Assembly (NCBI GenBank): GCA_030743445.1
Contig: JASLSL010000296.1
Coordinates: forward strand, 1-58,939
Source: Alphaproteobacteria bacterium
GTDB taxonomy: Bacteria > Pseudomonadota > Alphaproteobacteria > UBA8366
Length of the DNA stretch: 58,939 bases
Direction: 5' to 3'
Shown: positions 7,937 to 17,118 of the stretch, one piece after another
Layout of the letters: each line of letters begins with the position of its first letter
Position numbering within the stretch: position 1 is the stretch's first letter
The notes under the pieces: generated by a model
Told to the model about the DNA's origin: nothing
Database searches by the model: none
What the model saw: only the letters and a program-made list of their open reading frames with translations
Position numbers and translations under genes: made by a program

Positions 7937-8932
7937 CTAGGCCGCAAGCCGCAGCACCGCCAAGCCGGCGATCGCCAGGGCCTGCACCACGCAGGCGATT
8001 CCAAACAGCAGGCCGGCGCGGTGGACGTCGCGCGCGGTCGCCCGGGGATCGCCAGCGCCGATCCAGATGGCCGCATGGCTCTCCCCGCCGACGCCTTTCG
8101 GTCCGCCGAGCTGCAACGCCAACGCGCCGGCCATCGCCGCCACCGGCAGGTCCCGGCCGCGCCGCCGCCTCGGGTCCCGCCACATGGTGCGCCATGCCTG
8201 GATCGGGCCCGCGGTCGGCGCGAACAGGCTGGCGACGACCAGCGCCAAACCGGCGAGCCGCGCCGGGATCCAGTCGGCCGCCTCGATCAACCGGGCGGCG
8301 GCGACGCCGAACCGCTCGAAGCGCTCGCCGGGACCGCCGATCACAGCCCCCAGCGCGCCCGCCGCGGTGTAGAACATCAACCCCGGCAGGCCGAGCAGCA
8401 GGTACCAGAACGCCGGCGCCGCGGCCCCCGCGAGGAGACCCATCGCCAACCGCTCGATCGCGGCGCGGCACAGGCCGTGCTCGTCGAGGCTCTCGGAATC
8501 CACGCGGCCGAACGCCGCCGCCGCATCGCGGCCGCCCGAAAGACCGTCCCGCGCCATCGCGCGCGGCACCGCCAAGGCTTCGCGGTAGGCGCGGCGTTGG
8601 CCCAGCAGGATGACGACACAAGCGAGCTCGATCGCCCAGCCGGTCCTGAGCGTCGCCGCGAACTCGGCCATCGCCCACCCGGCGCCGACGGCGACGCCTA
8701 AGACCGCGAGGACGACGATGGCGCCGCGCACCACCAGATCGCGCGGTCCGCGCTTTTCCCGGTTGAGTCGGCGCCCGAGGAAGGCGGCGAGCCCCTGCAA
8801 CAGACGCCGAGGGTGCGGGATGGCGCGGAACAGCCAGGCCACCTCGCCGACCACCGCCTCGACCAGCAGCGCCAGGACCAACAACAAAAACCGGTCGGTC
8901 ACGAACTCCGCGATCTCGGGCGCCACGTACAT
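7937..8932 (-). CDS. cobD: Adenosylcobinamide-phosphate synthase CobD/CbiB
   Basis: Lies in ORF 7937..8968. It is polytopic, with IPHPRRLLQGLAAFLGRRLN and WIPARLAGLALV, both typical of CobD/CbiB. The start is set at ATG 8932. Confidence 0.85.
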   Translation of the reverse strand: MYVAPEIAEFVTDRFLLLVLALLVEAVVGEVAWLFRAIPHPRRLLQGLAAFLGRRLNREKRGPRDLVVRGAIVVLAVLGVAVGAGWAMAEFAATLRTGWAIELACVVILLGQRRAYREALAVPRAMARDGLSGGRDAAAAFGRVDSESLDEHGLCRAAIERLAMGLLAGAAAPAFWYLLLGLPGLMFYTAAGALGAVIGGPGERFERFGVAAARLIEAADWIPARLAGLALVVASLFAPTAGPIQAWRTMWRDPRRRRGRDLPVAAMAGALALQLGGPKGVGGESHAAIWIGAGDPRATARDVHRAGLLFGIACVVQALAIAGLAVLRLAA

Positions 8933-9030
8933 CGGCCGAGGATGGGCCACGGAAATAAGGCGACACAATACTTAATTCCCGGCCAGGAACGGTCCGCATC
9001 CTTCGTGAGGCCCAGGTTCACACCCTGCTT

Positions 9031-9151
9031 TACTTGGTGACCCCCCACCCTAACCCTCCCCCTCAAGGGGGGAGGGAATGGTCTGAGCAAGTCGATGATT
9101 TTACTCCCCCTCCCCAACGCGGGAGGGGGTTAGGGGGAGGGGGTGCAAGTA
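9031..9151. repeat. Two inverted copies of a ~48-bp G/C-tract REP-like element
   Basis: Copy A is TACTTGGTGACCCCCCACCCTAACCCTCCCCCTCAAGGGGGGAGGGA. The reverse complement of copy B is TACTTGCACCCCCTCCCCCTAACCCCCTCCCGCGTTGGGGAGGGGGAGTAA. Each copy has its own CCCTCCCC/GGGGAGGG hairpin. Confidence 0.7.
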
Positions 9152-9258
9152 AAAATCTCTTTCGGCTCGCCCAGTCGAAGCTTGAAGGCGATGGCTAAGA
9201 ATCTGTGATCGGGTATCGTGTCGCCCTATTTCCCGCGACTGTTACAATGGATGCCACG

Positions 9259-10161
9259 ATGGCCCTGTTCGATGCCTATCTGATGGTCGATTGGAGTGCG
9301 GCCAACGTGCCGCGGCGCGGCCGCGACAGCATCTGGCTCGGCCTGACGATGCGCTTGGCGAGCGGCCGGCTGCGGCTGACGCGGATCGAAAACCCGGTGA
9401 CCCGCGCCCAGGCGACCGAGCGGATCGTCGTGACGATCGCGGGCCTCGTCGCCGACGGTAAGCGGGTCCTCGCCGGGTTCGATTTTCCCTTCGGCTATCC
9501 CGAGGGAACGGCGCGGCGGCTCGGCCTGCCGGGTCTCGCTTGGCGCCACATGTGGCAGGAGTTGGACCATGCGATCGAGGACGACGAGGCGAACCGCAAC
9601 AACCGGTTCGACGTCGCCGAGCGGCTCAACCGGCGGCTCTCGGGCGAGGCCTTTCCGTTCTGGGGCCTGGTGCGCGAGGAACGCCGGCGCTACCTGATGC
9701 GACGGGATCGGCGGCCGCACGGCCCGGGCGACCTTGCCGAGCGGCGGCTCGCGGACCGGCGATTGCCGTCGGTCCAGCCGGTCTGGAAGCTCGCCGGCGC
9801 GGGCTCCGTCGGCGGGCAGGTGTTGGTCGGCATCCCCAGGGTCTGGCAAATCCGCCGCGACCCGAGGCTCGCCATCGACTGCCACATCTGGCCGTTCGAG
9901 ACCGGGCTCGGCGACGATCCCCGCGCGCGCGTGATCCTTGCCGAGGTCTATCCCTCGATCGTGGCGCCACGCCCTCTCGCCGGGCGGCCGAAGGATGCGG
10001 GTCAGGTCGCCGCGGTCGGCCGCCACCTCGCCGAAATCGACAGGGATGGCGGGCTCGATCGGTTGCTCTACGCCGACCCGGGGCTGACGGCCGTGGAACG
10101 CGCCCACGTGATCGGGGAGGAAGCCTGGATTCTCGGTGTAACGGAAGGCCCGCGGCGATAG
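9259..10161 (+). CDS. Conserved-looking hypothetical protein (possibly a DUF429-type / RNase H-like fold)
   Basis: Lies in ORF 9205..10161. It has MALFDAYLMVDWSAANVP...AGFDFPFGYPEG...WKLAGAGSVGGQVLVGIP...ILAEVYPS. It has no TM helix or signal peptide. The family call is from memory only. Confidence 0.6.
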   Translation: MALFDAYLMVDWSAANVPRRGRDSIWLGLTMRLASGRLRLTRIENPVTRAQATERIVVTIAGLVADGKRVLAGFDFPFGYPEGTARRLGLPGLAWRHMWQELDHAIEDDEANRNNRFDVAERLNRRLSGEAFPFWGLVREERRRYLMRRDRRPHGPGDLAERRLADRRLPSVQPVWKLAGAGSVGGQVLVGIPRVWQIRRDPRLAIDCHIWPFETGLGDDPRARVILAEVYPSIVAPRPLAGRPKDAGQVAAVGRHLAEIDRDGGLDRLLYADPGLTAVERAHVIGEEAWILGVTEGPRR

Positions 10162-10168
10162 CGCGCGG

Positions 10169-10831
10169 TCAGTCGATCGCGCCGGCCTGGATCAGAATTT
10201 TGGTCGCGCGCCGGTTCCGGCTCTCGCGGGCCCAACCCAAGGCGGCACGCCCGGTGTAGTCGCGAATATTCGGGTGTGCGTTGTTGGCGAGCAACATCTC
10301 GACGATGTCGATCACCCCTTGCTTGGCGGCCAGCATCAAGGGGGTCAGGCCCTGCCGGTTCTGGACGTCGACGTTGGCGCCGGCCTCGAGCATCAGCTCG
10401 GCGATCTCGTATTGATCGCTGATCACCGCCCAGATCAGGGCCGAATTGCCGATCTTGTCGCGAATGTCGATTTTCGGCTTCGTCGCCAGCACCGCCTCGG
10501 CGATCTCGACATGACCGCCGATGGTCGCATTGATCAGCGGTGTCCGCCCGTCCGAGTCGACCCGGTCCGGGCTGGCGCCCCGCGCGATGTATTGCCGGAC
10601 CAAGGCCAGATCACCGTCACGGGCGGCGAGACTGTAGGCATCCTCGTAGTGTCTCAGAACGTCGGATTGTTGCGCCCGGACCGGGACGCCGGCGAACGCC
10701 GTCGCCAGCGCCGCTACCAGCACCGCGAGCAAAAGGGCCTGGTGCGCCGGACCGATCTTCTGTGCCCTGGAATAGATCACGATGACCAATCCCCCGGTGG
10801 AGTCTGGCCAGAATCGGCCCCCCGCTGTCAA
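10169..10831 (-). CDS. Ankyrin repeat protein with a signal peptide (periplasmic)
   Basis: At least 4 ankyrin repeats (DSDGRTPLINATIGGHVEIAEAVL; GNSALIWAVISDQYEIAELMLEAGANV; RQGLTPLMLAAKQGVIDIVEMLLANNA; TGRAALGWA). The signal peptide is ALLLAVLVAALATAFAGVPVRAQ. The start is uncertain: TTG 10831, TTG 10789 or GTG 10780. Confidence 0.8.
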   Translation of the reverse strand: MTAGGRFWPDSTGGLVIVIYSRAQKIGPAHQALLLAVLVAALATAFAGVPVRAQQSDVLRHYEDAYSLAARDGDLALVRQYIARGASPDRVDSDGRTPLINATIGGHVEIAEAVLATKPKIDIRDKIGNSALIWAVISDQYEIAELMLEAGANVDVQNRQGLTPLMLAAKQGVIDIVEMLLANNAHPNIRDYTGRAALGWARESRNRRATKILIQAGAID

Positions 10832-10890
10832 GCCGCCGGATCGACGGGCGGGGACTGGAACCGTCAGGCTTGTGGTTTATTATCCGTTGC

Positions 10891-11307
10891 ATGTTCGATT
10901 GGCTGACCCTCCACGTCGCGGCCTTGGTCGCCCTCGGCGCGGCGTTCGGCGGCATGGCGTATTTCGCCATGGTGTTCGCGCCGATGGTGTTCCGCGTCCT
11001 GGAACGCCCGGATGCGGCCCGGTTCATGCGGGCAATGTTCCCGGTCTATTACGTCACCACGGCGGTGGTGCTGGGGGTCGCGGCACTACTGCTGGTGCCG
11101 GGCCAATCCTACGTGGCCGAGATATCGGTCCTCGCGGCGGTCGCACTCGTATTCGTGTTGTTGCGCTGGGTGCTGCTGCCCCACATCAACCGGCTGCGCG
11201 AGGCCGGCAAGGAGGCCGCGTTCGGCCGCCTGCATCGCCTTAGCGTCGTGATCAACCTGGTGCAGTTCGTGGCCGTCGCGGTGGTCCTCGTGCGGCTCGC
11301 CCAGTAG
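10891..11307 (+). CDS. DUF4149-like integral membrane protein
   Basis: Four hydrophobic helices; MFDWLTLHVAALVALGAAFGGMAYFAMVFAPMVF...FPVYY. The ATG is inside ORF 10870..11307. Confidence 0.6.
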   Translation: MFDWLTLHVAALVALGAAFGGMAYFAMVFAPMVFRVLERPDAARFMRAMFPVYYVTTAVVLGVAALLLVPGQSYVAEISVLAAVALVFVLLRWVLLPHINRLREAGKEAAFGRLHRLSVVINLVQFVAVAVVLVRLAQ

Positions 11308-11352
11308 GCATCCGGTGTCGCCGAGCCCGCACCGGTGGTAGACTCGAAAGCC

Positions 11353-11892
11353 ATGAGCGACATCCCGTTCTGGAACCGCAAGCGGCTCGATCAAATGAGC
11401 ACGGAAGAATGGGAGTCACTGTGCGACGGCTGCGGCAAATGCTGTCTCCATAAGATCGAGAACGCGGACACCGGCGAGATCGGCCTGACCGACGTCGCGT
11501 GCCGCTATCTCGATCTCGGCGCCTGCCGGTGCACCGATTACCCGAACCGGCAGGCCAACGTGCCGGACTGCATCAAGCTGACGCCGTCGCGGGTCGCCGA
11601 TCTCGCCTGGCTGCCCGAGAGCTGCGCCTACCGCCGGATCGACGAGGGCCGCGGCCTGCCGGACTGGCACCATCTGGTCTCGGGCGACCCGCAAGCGGTT
11701 CACACCGCGGGCGCCTCGGTGCGCGGCACGGTCATCCCCGAGGGCGACGTCGCCGACATCGAGGAACACGTGCTGACCTGGCTCAACACCGGCGCCGATC
11801 CCTACCTCCACGTGCGCCCGTCGGAGCGCCCCAAGCGCCGGGCCAAACAGCGCTGGATCCCGGCCGCCGGAAAGTCCGGGAAAACCGAGTGA
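11353..11892 (+). CDS. ycgN: YcgN family cysteine-cluster protein (UPF0260)
   Basis: [31 protein letters not shown]...[18 protein letters not shown] matches the YcgN signature. Confidence 0.85.
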   Translation: MSDIPFWNRKRLDQMSTEEWESLCDGCGKCCLHKIENADTGEIGLTDVACRYLDLGACRCTDYPNRQANVPDCIKLTPSRVADLAWLPESCAYRRIDEGRGLPDWHHLVSGDPQAVHTAGASVRGTVIPEGDVADIEEHVLTWLNTGADPYLHVRPSERPKRRAKQRWIPAAGKSGKTE

Positions 11893-12635
11893 GCGACGAA
11901 CTGCACCTGACGCTCGAGGGACGACCGGTGACGCTTGGCGTGCGCCGCAGCCGCCGCGCCCGGCGCATGCGCCTGGTGGTCGAGGCGGCGCGTGGCGGGG
12001 CGGTGCTGGTCCTGCCCGCCGGCGCCGGCGAGCGCGACGGGCGCCGCTTCGTCGCCGAGCACGCCCCTTGGCTGTTGCGGCGGCTCGCGGAATTGCCACA
12101 GCCGGTGCCGTTTCGTGACGGCGCCGTGGTGCCCTACCGCGGCGTCGACCACGTCGTGCGCCACGCCGGCTCGGCTCGCGGTCCCATCGAGCGCGGCGTG
12201 GTGTGGCGCCACGGCGGCGCGATCCACGTCGCCGGCCGCGACGAGCATTTGGCCCGTCGGATCCGGGATTGGTTCCGGCACGAGGCGCGGAACGTGCTCG
12301 GACCCTTGGCCGAGACCAAGGCGGCGGTGCTCGGCGAGCGCCCGGCCCGGGTCACCGTGCGCGACCAGCGGACCCGCTGGGGCAGTTGCTCGGCCAAGGG
12401 CGCGCTCTCGTTCAACTGGCGCCTGGTGATGGCGCCCGACGCGGCGATCGACTACGTCGTGGCGCACGAGGTCGCGCACCTCGTCGAGCTCAATCACTCG
12501 CCGTCGTTTTGGCGTATCGTCGACCGGCTGACCGCGCACCGCGAGGACGGCCGGTCCTGGCTCAAGGCCCACGGCGACGGGTTGCACCGGTACGGGGCCG
12601 TACATCGGTACGGGACCGTTCTGGCGGCCACGTAG
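11889..12635 (+). CDS. M48 family metallopeptidase (YgjP/DUF45-like)
   Basis: GTG 11889 overlaps the ycgN stop (GTGA). The C-terminus reads [46 protein letters not shown] (HExxH). Confidence 0.82.
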   Translation: MSDELHLTLEGRPVTLGVRRSRRARRMRLVVEAARGGAVLVLPAGAGERDGRRFVAEHAPWLLRRLAELPQPVPFRDGAVVPYRGVDHVVRHAGSARGPIERGVVWRHGGAIHVAGRDEHLARRIRDWFRHEARNVLGPLAETKAAVLGERPARVTVRDQRTRWGSCSAKGALSFNWRLVMAPDAAIDYVVAHEVAHLVELNHSPSFWRIVDRLTAHREDGRSWLKAHGDGLHRYGAVHRYGTVLAAT

Positions 12636-12638
12636 GGT

Positions 12639-14510
12639 TTAGTTCGACGCGAGGCCCGGGAGCGCCTTCGGCGGCGCGCCGTGCAATGCGCCGATCATGA
12701 AAGCGCGCCACAGCTCAGCCGGCAGCGAGCCGCCGACCACCCCTTTCATCGGCCTGCCGTCGTCGTTGCCGAGCCACACCCCGGCGGTCAGCTCCGCGGT
12801 GTAGCCGAGGAACCAGGCGTCGCGGTAGTCCTGGCTGGTTCCGGTCTTGCCGGCGGCGGGCCGGGGCGGGTTGTCGAGCTTCGCCCGCTTGCCGGTGCCC
12901 CAGTCGACCACCGCGGTCAGCAGGTCGTTGAGGGTGGCAATGTGTCCCGCCGCGACGACGCGTCCCGGGCCGCCGCCGCCGCGGCGATAGAGCACCCGGC
13001 CGCCGGTCTCGCGAATTTCGGAAATGCCGTGCGGCCAGACACCCATGCCGCCGTTGGCGATCACGGCATAGGCGCCGGCGAGCTCCAACAGGGTCACCTC
13101 GTGGACGCCGAGCGCCAGCGAAGGATCGGGCCTGAGCCGGGAGGTGATGCCGAGACGCCGCGCCGCCCGCACCACCCGGTCGCGCCCGGCGCGCTCGGCG
13201 AGCGCCACGGCGACCGAATTGAGCGAGCGCGCCGCGCCCTCGCGCAGCGTCACCTCGCCCCGGTGCCGCCGTCCGGCGTTGCGCGGGGTCCAGCCCTCGA
13301 CCGTGATCGGCCGGTCCTGGAGGCGGTCGCCGGGCCGGGCCCCGGCCTCGATCCCGGCGAGATAGACGAACAACTTGAACGCCGAGCCCGGCTGGCGCAG
13401 CGCCTGGGTCGCGCGGTTGAACTGGCTCGCCCGGTAATCGCGGCCGCCGACCATCGCCCGGACGTCGCCTCTGGGTCCGAGCGCCACCAGCGCCCCCTCG
13501 CCGACCCCGCGCCCCGCGCCCGAGCGCAGGGTGCGGGCCATCCCGGCCTCGGCGAGCCGTTGTAACCGCGCATCCAGGGTCGTGCGAACCACGATGTCCG
13601 CTTCGTAATAGCCGAGATAGTCCGTCACCTGGTCGAGCGCCCAATCGACGAAATAGCGCGCGCCCGAGCCGAGACTTGTCCGGACCGGCCGCCGTGCCGC
13701 GACCCGGGTCCGCCGCGCCGCCTTGGCCTTGGCCGGATCGAGCCAGCCGGCCGCAACCATGTTGAGGAGCACCTGTCGGGCGCGCCCGGCGGCGCGTTTC
13801 GGGCTCGCCACCGGGTTATCGCGCGACGGCGCCTTGAGGAGACCCGCGAGCACCGCCGACTCCCAGAGCGAGAGCCGGGTTGCGGATTTCGCGAAGTAGC
13901 GCCGGGCGGCGGCCTCGACCCCATAGGCGGCGGCGCCGAAATAGACCCGGTTGAGATAGACCGTCAGGATCTGGTCCTTGGTCAGGTTGCCCTCGAGCCA
14001 CAGCGCCAACAGGGTCTCCTGGACCTTGCGGCGGACCGTGCGCGCCCGGGTCAAGAACAGGTTCTTGGCGAGTTGCTGGGTGATCGTGCTGCCGCCCTGG
14101 CGAATGCCGCCGGCGCGCAGATTGGCGACCAGCGCCCGGGCGACGCCGATCGGATCGACCCCGAAATGACTGTAGAACCGCCGGTCCTCGGTCGCGATCA
14201 CCGCCTGCGGCAGATGCGCCGGCAGGTCGGCGAGCCTGACCGGCGTGCCGTAGAGATCGCCGATCCGCGCGAGCTGGCTGCCGTCGGAAGCGAGCAGGAT
14301 CACCGCCGGTCGTCGCGTCGCCGCCGCCTCGATCCGGGCGATGTCGGGCAGGTCGTAGGCGTACCAGGCGACCACGGCGGTCGACCCGATCGCGCCCCAG
14401 ATGGATGCCGTCAGCGCCAGGCGCAGGAACGCCCACAGCCCCCGTCGGCGGGGCTTCTTTCTTGCCTTGTCCTTCGGTGTCGCCTTTCGCGGCGCACGAT
14501 CTCCGGCCAT
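12639..14510 (-). CDS. Penicillin-binding protein 1A family (bifunctional glycosyltransferase/transpeptidase)
   Basis: 623 aa with a TM anchor. The GT51 motifs are EDRRFYSHFGVDP and RQGGSTITQQLAKN. The transpeptidase motifs are SAFKLF (SxxK) and KTGTS. Confidence 0.92.
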   Translation of the reverse strand: MAGDRAPRKATPKDKARKKPRRRGLWAFLRLALTASIWGAIGSTAVVAWYAYDLPDIARIEAAATRRPAVILLASDGSQLARIGDLYGTPVRLADLPAHLPQAVIATEDRRFYSHFGVDPIGVARALVANLRAGGIRQGGSTITQQLAKNLFLTRARTVRRKVQETLLALWLEGNLTKDQILTVYLNRVYFGAAAYGVEAAARRYFAKSATRLSLWESAVLAGLLKAPSRDNPVASPKRAAGRARQVLLNMVAAGWLDPAKAKAARRTRVAARRPVRTSLGSGARYFVDWALDQVTDYLGYYEADIVVRTTLDARLQRLAEAGMARTLRSGAGRGVGEGALVALGPRGDVRAMVGGRDYRASQFNRATQALRQPGSAFKLFVYLAGIEAGARPGDRLQDRPITVEGWTPRNAGRRHRGEVTLREGAARSLNSVAVALAERAGRDRVVRAARRLGITSRLRPDPSLALGVHEVTLLELAGAYAVIANGGMGVWPHGISEIRETGGRVLYRRGGGGPGRVVAAGHIATLNDLLTAVVDWGTGKRAKLDNPPRPAAGKTGTSQDYRDAWFLGYTAELTAGVWLGNDDGRPMKGVVGGSLPAELWRAFMIGALHGAPPKALPGLASN

Positions 14511-14679
14511 AACGCTATATATAGTATAGTGCTTTCGATTTTACTGCCGCATCTTGTGGCGGGAACGGCCGCCGCGGTATCGTATTCTCTCCGCCGTAAT
14601 TTTTAATTGTTCGAAACAACGGGTTATATTATTGTCGTATAGCCTTTAAATCGCAGAACGCTTTATCATATAAGCGATT

Positions 14680-15102
14680 ATGGACCCTGTCAGACCCTAC
14701 ACCGAGGTTCTCGATCGCCTGAAATCGGCGGGATTGCGGCCGACGCGCCAACGTCTGGCGCTCGCCAAGCTGTTGGCCGATTCGGGCGACCGCCATATCA
14801 CCGCGGAACAACTCCACGACGAGGCCCAACGCGCCGGGGTCCGGGTCTCGCTCGCGACGGTCTACAACACGCTGCACCAATTCACCGCCGCCGGCCTGCT
14901 GCGCGAGGTCGTGGTCGAGGCCGGGCGTTCCTACTTCGACACCAACACCTCGAACCATCATCACTTCTTCCATCAAGACCGCGGCGAGTTGGTCGATATC
15001 CCGGCCGGCGCGGTCACCGTCAGCGAGCTTCCGGTGGCCCCCGAGGGTAGTGCGATCGAAAGCGTCCATGTCGTCGTGCGGATTCGCGACGACGCGAATT
15101 GA
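14680..15102 (+). CDS. irr: Fur-family iron response regulator Irr
   Basis: 140 aa. It has a Fur-type winged helix (GLRPTRQRLALAKLL...ATVYNTLHQF) and the Irr-typical TNTSNHHHFF triple-His motif. It lacks a Fur-type C-terminal CxxC metal site. Confidence 0.85.
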   Translation: MDPVRPYTEVLDRLKSAGLRPTRQRLALAKLLADSGDRHITAEQLHDEAQRAGVRVSLATVYNTLHQFTAAGLLREVVVEAGRSYFDTNTSNHHHFFHQDRGELVDIPAGAVTVSELPVAPEGSAIESVHVVVRIRDDAN

Positions 15103-15132
15103 TCGCAACTAAACCAGCGGTATATTTTTTTC

Positions 15133-15149
15133 TTTAGAATTGTTCTAAT
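15133..15149 (+). promoter_or_regulatory. Iron control element (ICE, Irr-binding box)
   Basis: TTTAGAA-TTG-TTCTAAT versus the consensus TTTAGAA-N3-TTCTAAA (16/17 positions if the spacer is counted). It lies 100 nt upstream of the rubrerythrin ATG, in an AT-rich promoter region. Confidence 0.7.
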
Positions 15150-15248
15150 CTATTGACTCAAGAGTTTTCTTGGGCCATATAGAAGACGAACGGGTCGGCC
15201 GACGCCGATCCCGAGAGAAATAATTCGATTTTGAGAGGGAGAAATTCC

Positions 15249-15668
15249 ATGCCGCCGCTGAAGGGCACCCAGACCGAACAAAACCTGAAGGACGCGTTCG
15301 CCGGCGAGAGCCAGGCGAACCGCCGCTATCTCTATTTCGCGCGGAAGGCCGACGTCGAAGGTTACAACGACGTCTCGACGGTGTTCCGCTCGACCGCCGA
15401 GGGCGAGACCGGCCATGCCCACGGCCATCTCGAATATCTCGAGGAGACCGGCGACCCGGCGACCGGCGAGCCGATCGGCCCGACGGCCGACAACCTCAAG
15501 GCCGCGGTCGCCGGCGAGACCCACGAATACACCGACATGTATCCGGGCATGGCCAAGACCGCGCGCGAGGAAGGTTTCGACGAGATCGCCGATTGGTTCG
15601 AGACCCTGGCCAAGGCGGAGAAGAGCCATGCCGGCCGCTTCCAGAAGGCGCTCGACCAACTCGACTGA
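15249..15668 (+). CDS. Rubrerythrin-family diiron protein (no rubredoxin domain)
   Basis: [32 protein letters not shown]...[14 protein letters not shown]...[12 protein letters not shown]...AEKSHAGRF carries the ExxH diiron ligands. GAGGGAG lies upstream of ATG 15249. Confidence 0.9.
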   Translation: MPPLKGTQTEQNLKDAFAGESQANRRYLYFARKADVEGYNDVSTVFRSTAEGETGHAHGHLEYLEETGDPATGEPIGPTADNLKAAVAGETHEYTDMYPGMAKTAREEGFDEIADWFETLAKAEKSHAGRFQKALDQLD

Positions 15669-15702
15669 GTTGTCGGGCGGCAGGCCCACGACATATCGAG
15701 GG

Positions 15703-15730
15703 ACGGGGGTGGGACAGCGCCCCCGTTTCT
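15703..15730 (+). terminator. Hairpin plus short T-tract after rubrerythrin (possible partial terminator or attenuator)
   Basis: ACGGGGG-N10-CCCCCGT followed by TTCT. It lies between rbr and the Fe-S gene. Confidence 0.35.
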
Positions 15731-15767
15731 ATATGCAAACGAGCCACGCGAACCGAAGGACGAAACG

Positions 15768-17108
15768 ATGAGGGAAGGCAGCCTCGAAGCCCCGGTGCGC
15801 CACCCGATCCCGTGGCGGGACGAGGCGTTCTGGGACGCGGTGAAGCTCGACGAGGAGCTGCGGCGGGTGTTCGACATCTGCCACGGCTGCCGCCGCTGCT
15901 TCAATCTCTGCGACAGCTTCCCGCGGCTGTTCGACCTGATCGACGACTCGGAGACCGGCGAGCTCGACTCGGTCGCCAGCGCCGGCTTCAAGCCGGTGGT
16001 CGATGCCTGCACGCTCTGCGACATGTGCTTCATGACCAAGTGCCCCTATGTCCCGCCGCACGACTTCAACCTCGACTTCCCGCATTTGATGCTGCGCGCC
16101 CGCGCGCTCGCCCACCGCAAGGGCGAGGTCGGAAGGGTCGAGGGGGCGCTCGCCCAAACCGACCGCAACGGGCGGATGGCGGGACGCGTGGCCGGGCTCG
16201 CCAACTGGGCCTCGGCGCGCGGCAATTCCCTGACCCGGCCGCTGATCGGCGCCCTCGCCGGCATCCACCCGGACGCCGAGTTGCCGCGGTTCGCGAACCG
16301 GACGCTCGTCGGCCGTGCGGCCGAGGCACCCGAGGTCGACCGTCTTGCCCCGGCCTTCGGCCGCAAGGCGGTGATCTATGCGACCTGCTTCGCCAATTAC
16401 AACAACCCGGAGATCGGCGCGGCGGCGCGCGCGGTCCTGGCCCGGAACGGGGTCGAGACCGCGGTCGTCCACCCGTCGTGTTGCGGCATGCCGCAATTGG
16501 AGCAGGGCGACATCGCCGCGGTCGCCGAAAGTGCGGCCGTGGTCGCGGGCGAGCTCGGGCGCTGGATCGACGACGGCTACGACGTGATCGCCCTGGTGCC
16601 GAGCTGCGCCCTGATGCTGAAATTCGAATGGCCGCTCATCTTGGCGCAAGACTCGGCGGTCGCGAAGCTGGCGCGATCGACCTTCGACATTTCGGAATAC
16701 ATTGTCGATATCGCCCGCAAGGAAGGCCTCGCCGACGGGCTCGAGGCCTTGGAGGGCGGTGTGGCGATCCATCTCGCCTGCCACGCGAGGGCGCAGAACA
16801 TGGGCCCCAAGGCGGTGGAGATGATGCGCCTGGTGCCGGACGTCGACGTCGCGGTGATCGAGCGTTGCTCGGGCCACGGCGGTGCGTGGGGCATCAGGAA
16901 GGACAACTTCGATGTCGCGATCAAGGTCGGCCGGCCGGCCGCGCGCCAGGCGATCGAGAGCGGCAAGCGCTACATCGCCTCGGAATGCCCGCTCGCCACC
17001 CTGCACATCGCCCAAGGGATGGAATTACTGGCCGGCGAGCAACCGGCGCCGGAGGCCGTCGCCCACCCGATCGTGCTGTTCGCCCGCGCCTACGGGCTTA
17101 TCGAGTGA
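15768..17108 (+). CDS. (Fe-S)-binding protein, HdrD/GlpC-like, with two 4Fe-4S ferredoxin motifs and two CCG domains
   Basis: The ferredoxin motifs are [15 protein letters not shown] and [17 protein letters not shown]. The CCG-type motifs are HPSCCGMP and a second Cys-rich repeat (LACHARAQ...ERCSGHGG). Confidence 0.88.
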   Translation: MREGSLEAPVRHPIPWRDEAFWDAVKLDEELRRVFDICHGCRRCFNLCDSFPRLFDLIDDSETGELDSVASAGFKPVVDACTLCDMCFMTKCPYVPPHDFNLDFPHLMLRARALAHRKGEVGRVEGALAQTDRNGRMAGRVAGLANWASARGNSLTRPLIGALAGIHPDAELPRFANRTLVGRAAEAPEVDRLAPAFGRKAVIYATCFANYNNPEIGAAARAVLARNGVETAVVHPSCCGMPQLEQGDIAAVAESAAVVAGELGRWIDDGYDVIALVPSCALMLKFEWPLILAQDSAVAKLARSTFDISEYIVDIARKEGLADGLEALEGGVAIHLACHARAQNMGPKAVEMMRLVPDVDVAVIERCSGHGGAWGIRKDNFDVAIKVGRPAARQAIESGKRYIASECPLATLHIAQGMELLAGEQPAPEAVAHPIVLFARAYGLIE

Positions 17109-17118
17109 GGTAGAGATC

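Noticed and set aside
8933-9204. Cobalamin riboswitch upstream of cobD
   Set aside because: I read the minus strand upstream of cobD. It has no B12-box-like core (GCCACTG-type) and no characteristic GGTG..GGGAA..CCCGCAAC elements. The region is occupied by the REP-like inverted repeat instead. An Infernal scan would be needed for certainty.
14511-14679. Fur box or ICE box in the irr / PBP divergent promoter (for example TTATCATATAAGCGATTAT at about 14663-14681)
   Set aside because: It resembles the 19-bp Fur consensus only loosely, and the stretch is generally AT-rich. No TTTAGAA/TTCTAAA half-sites are present. The match is not distinguishable from background by eye.
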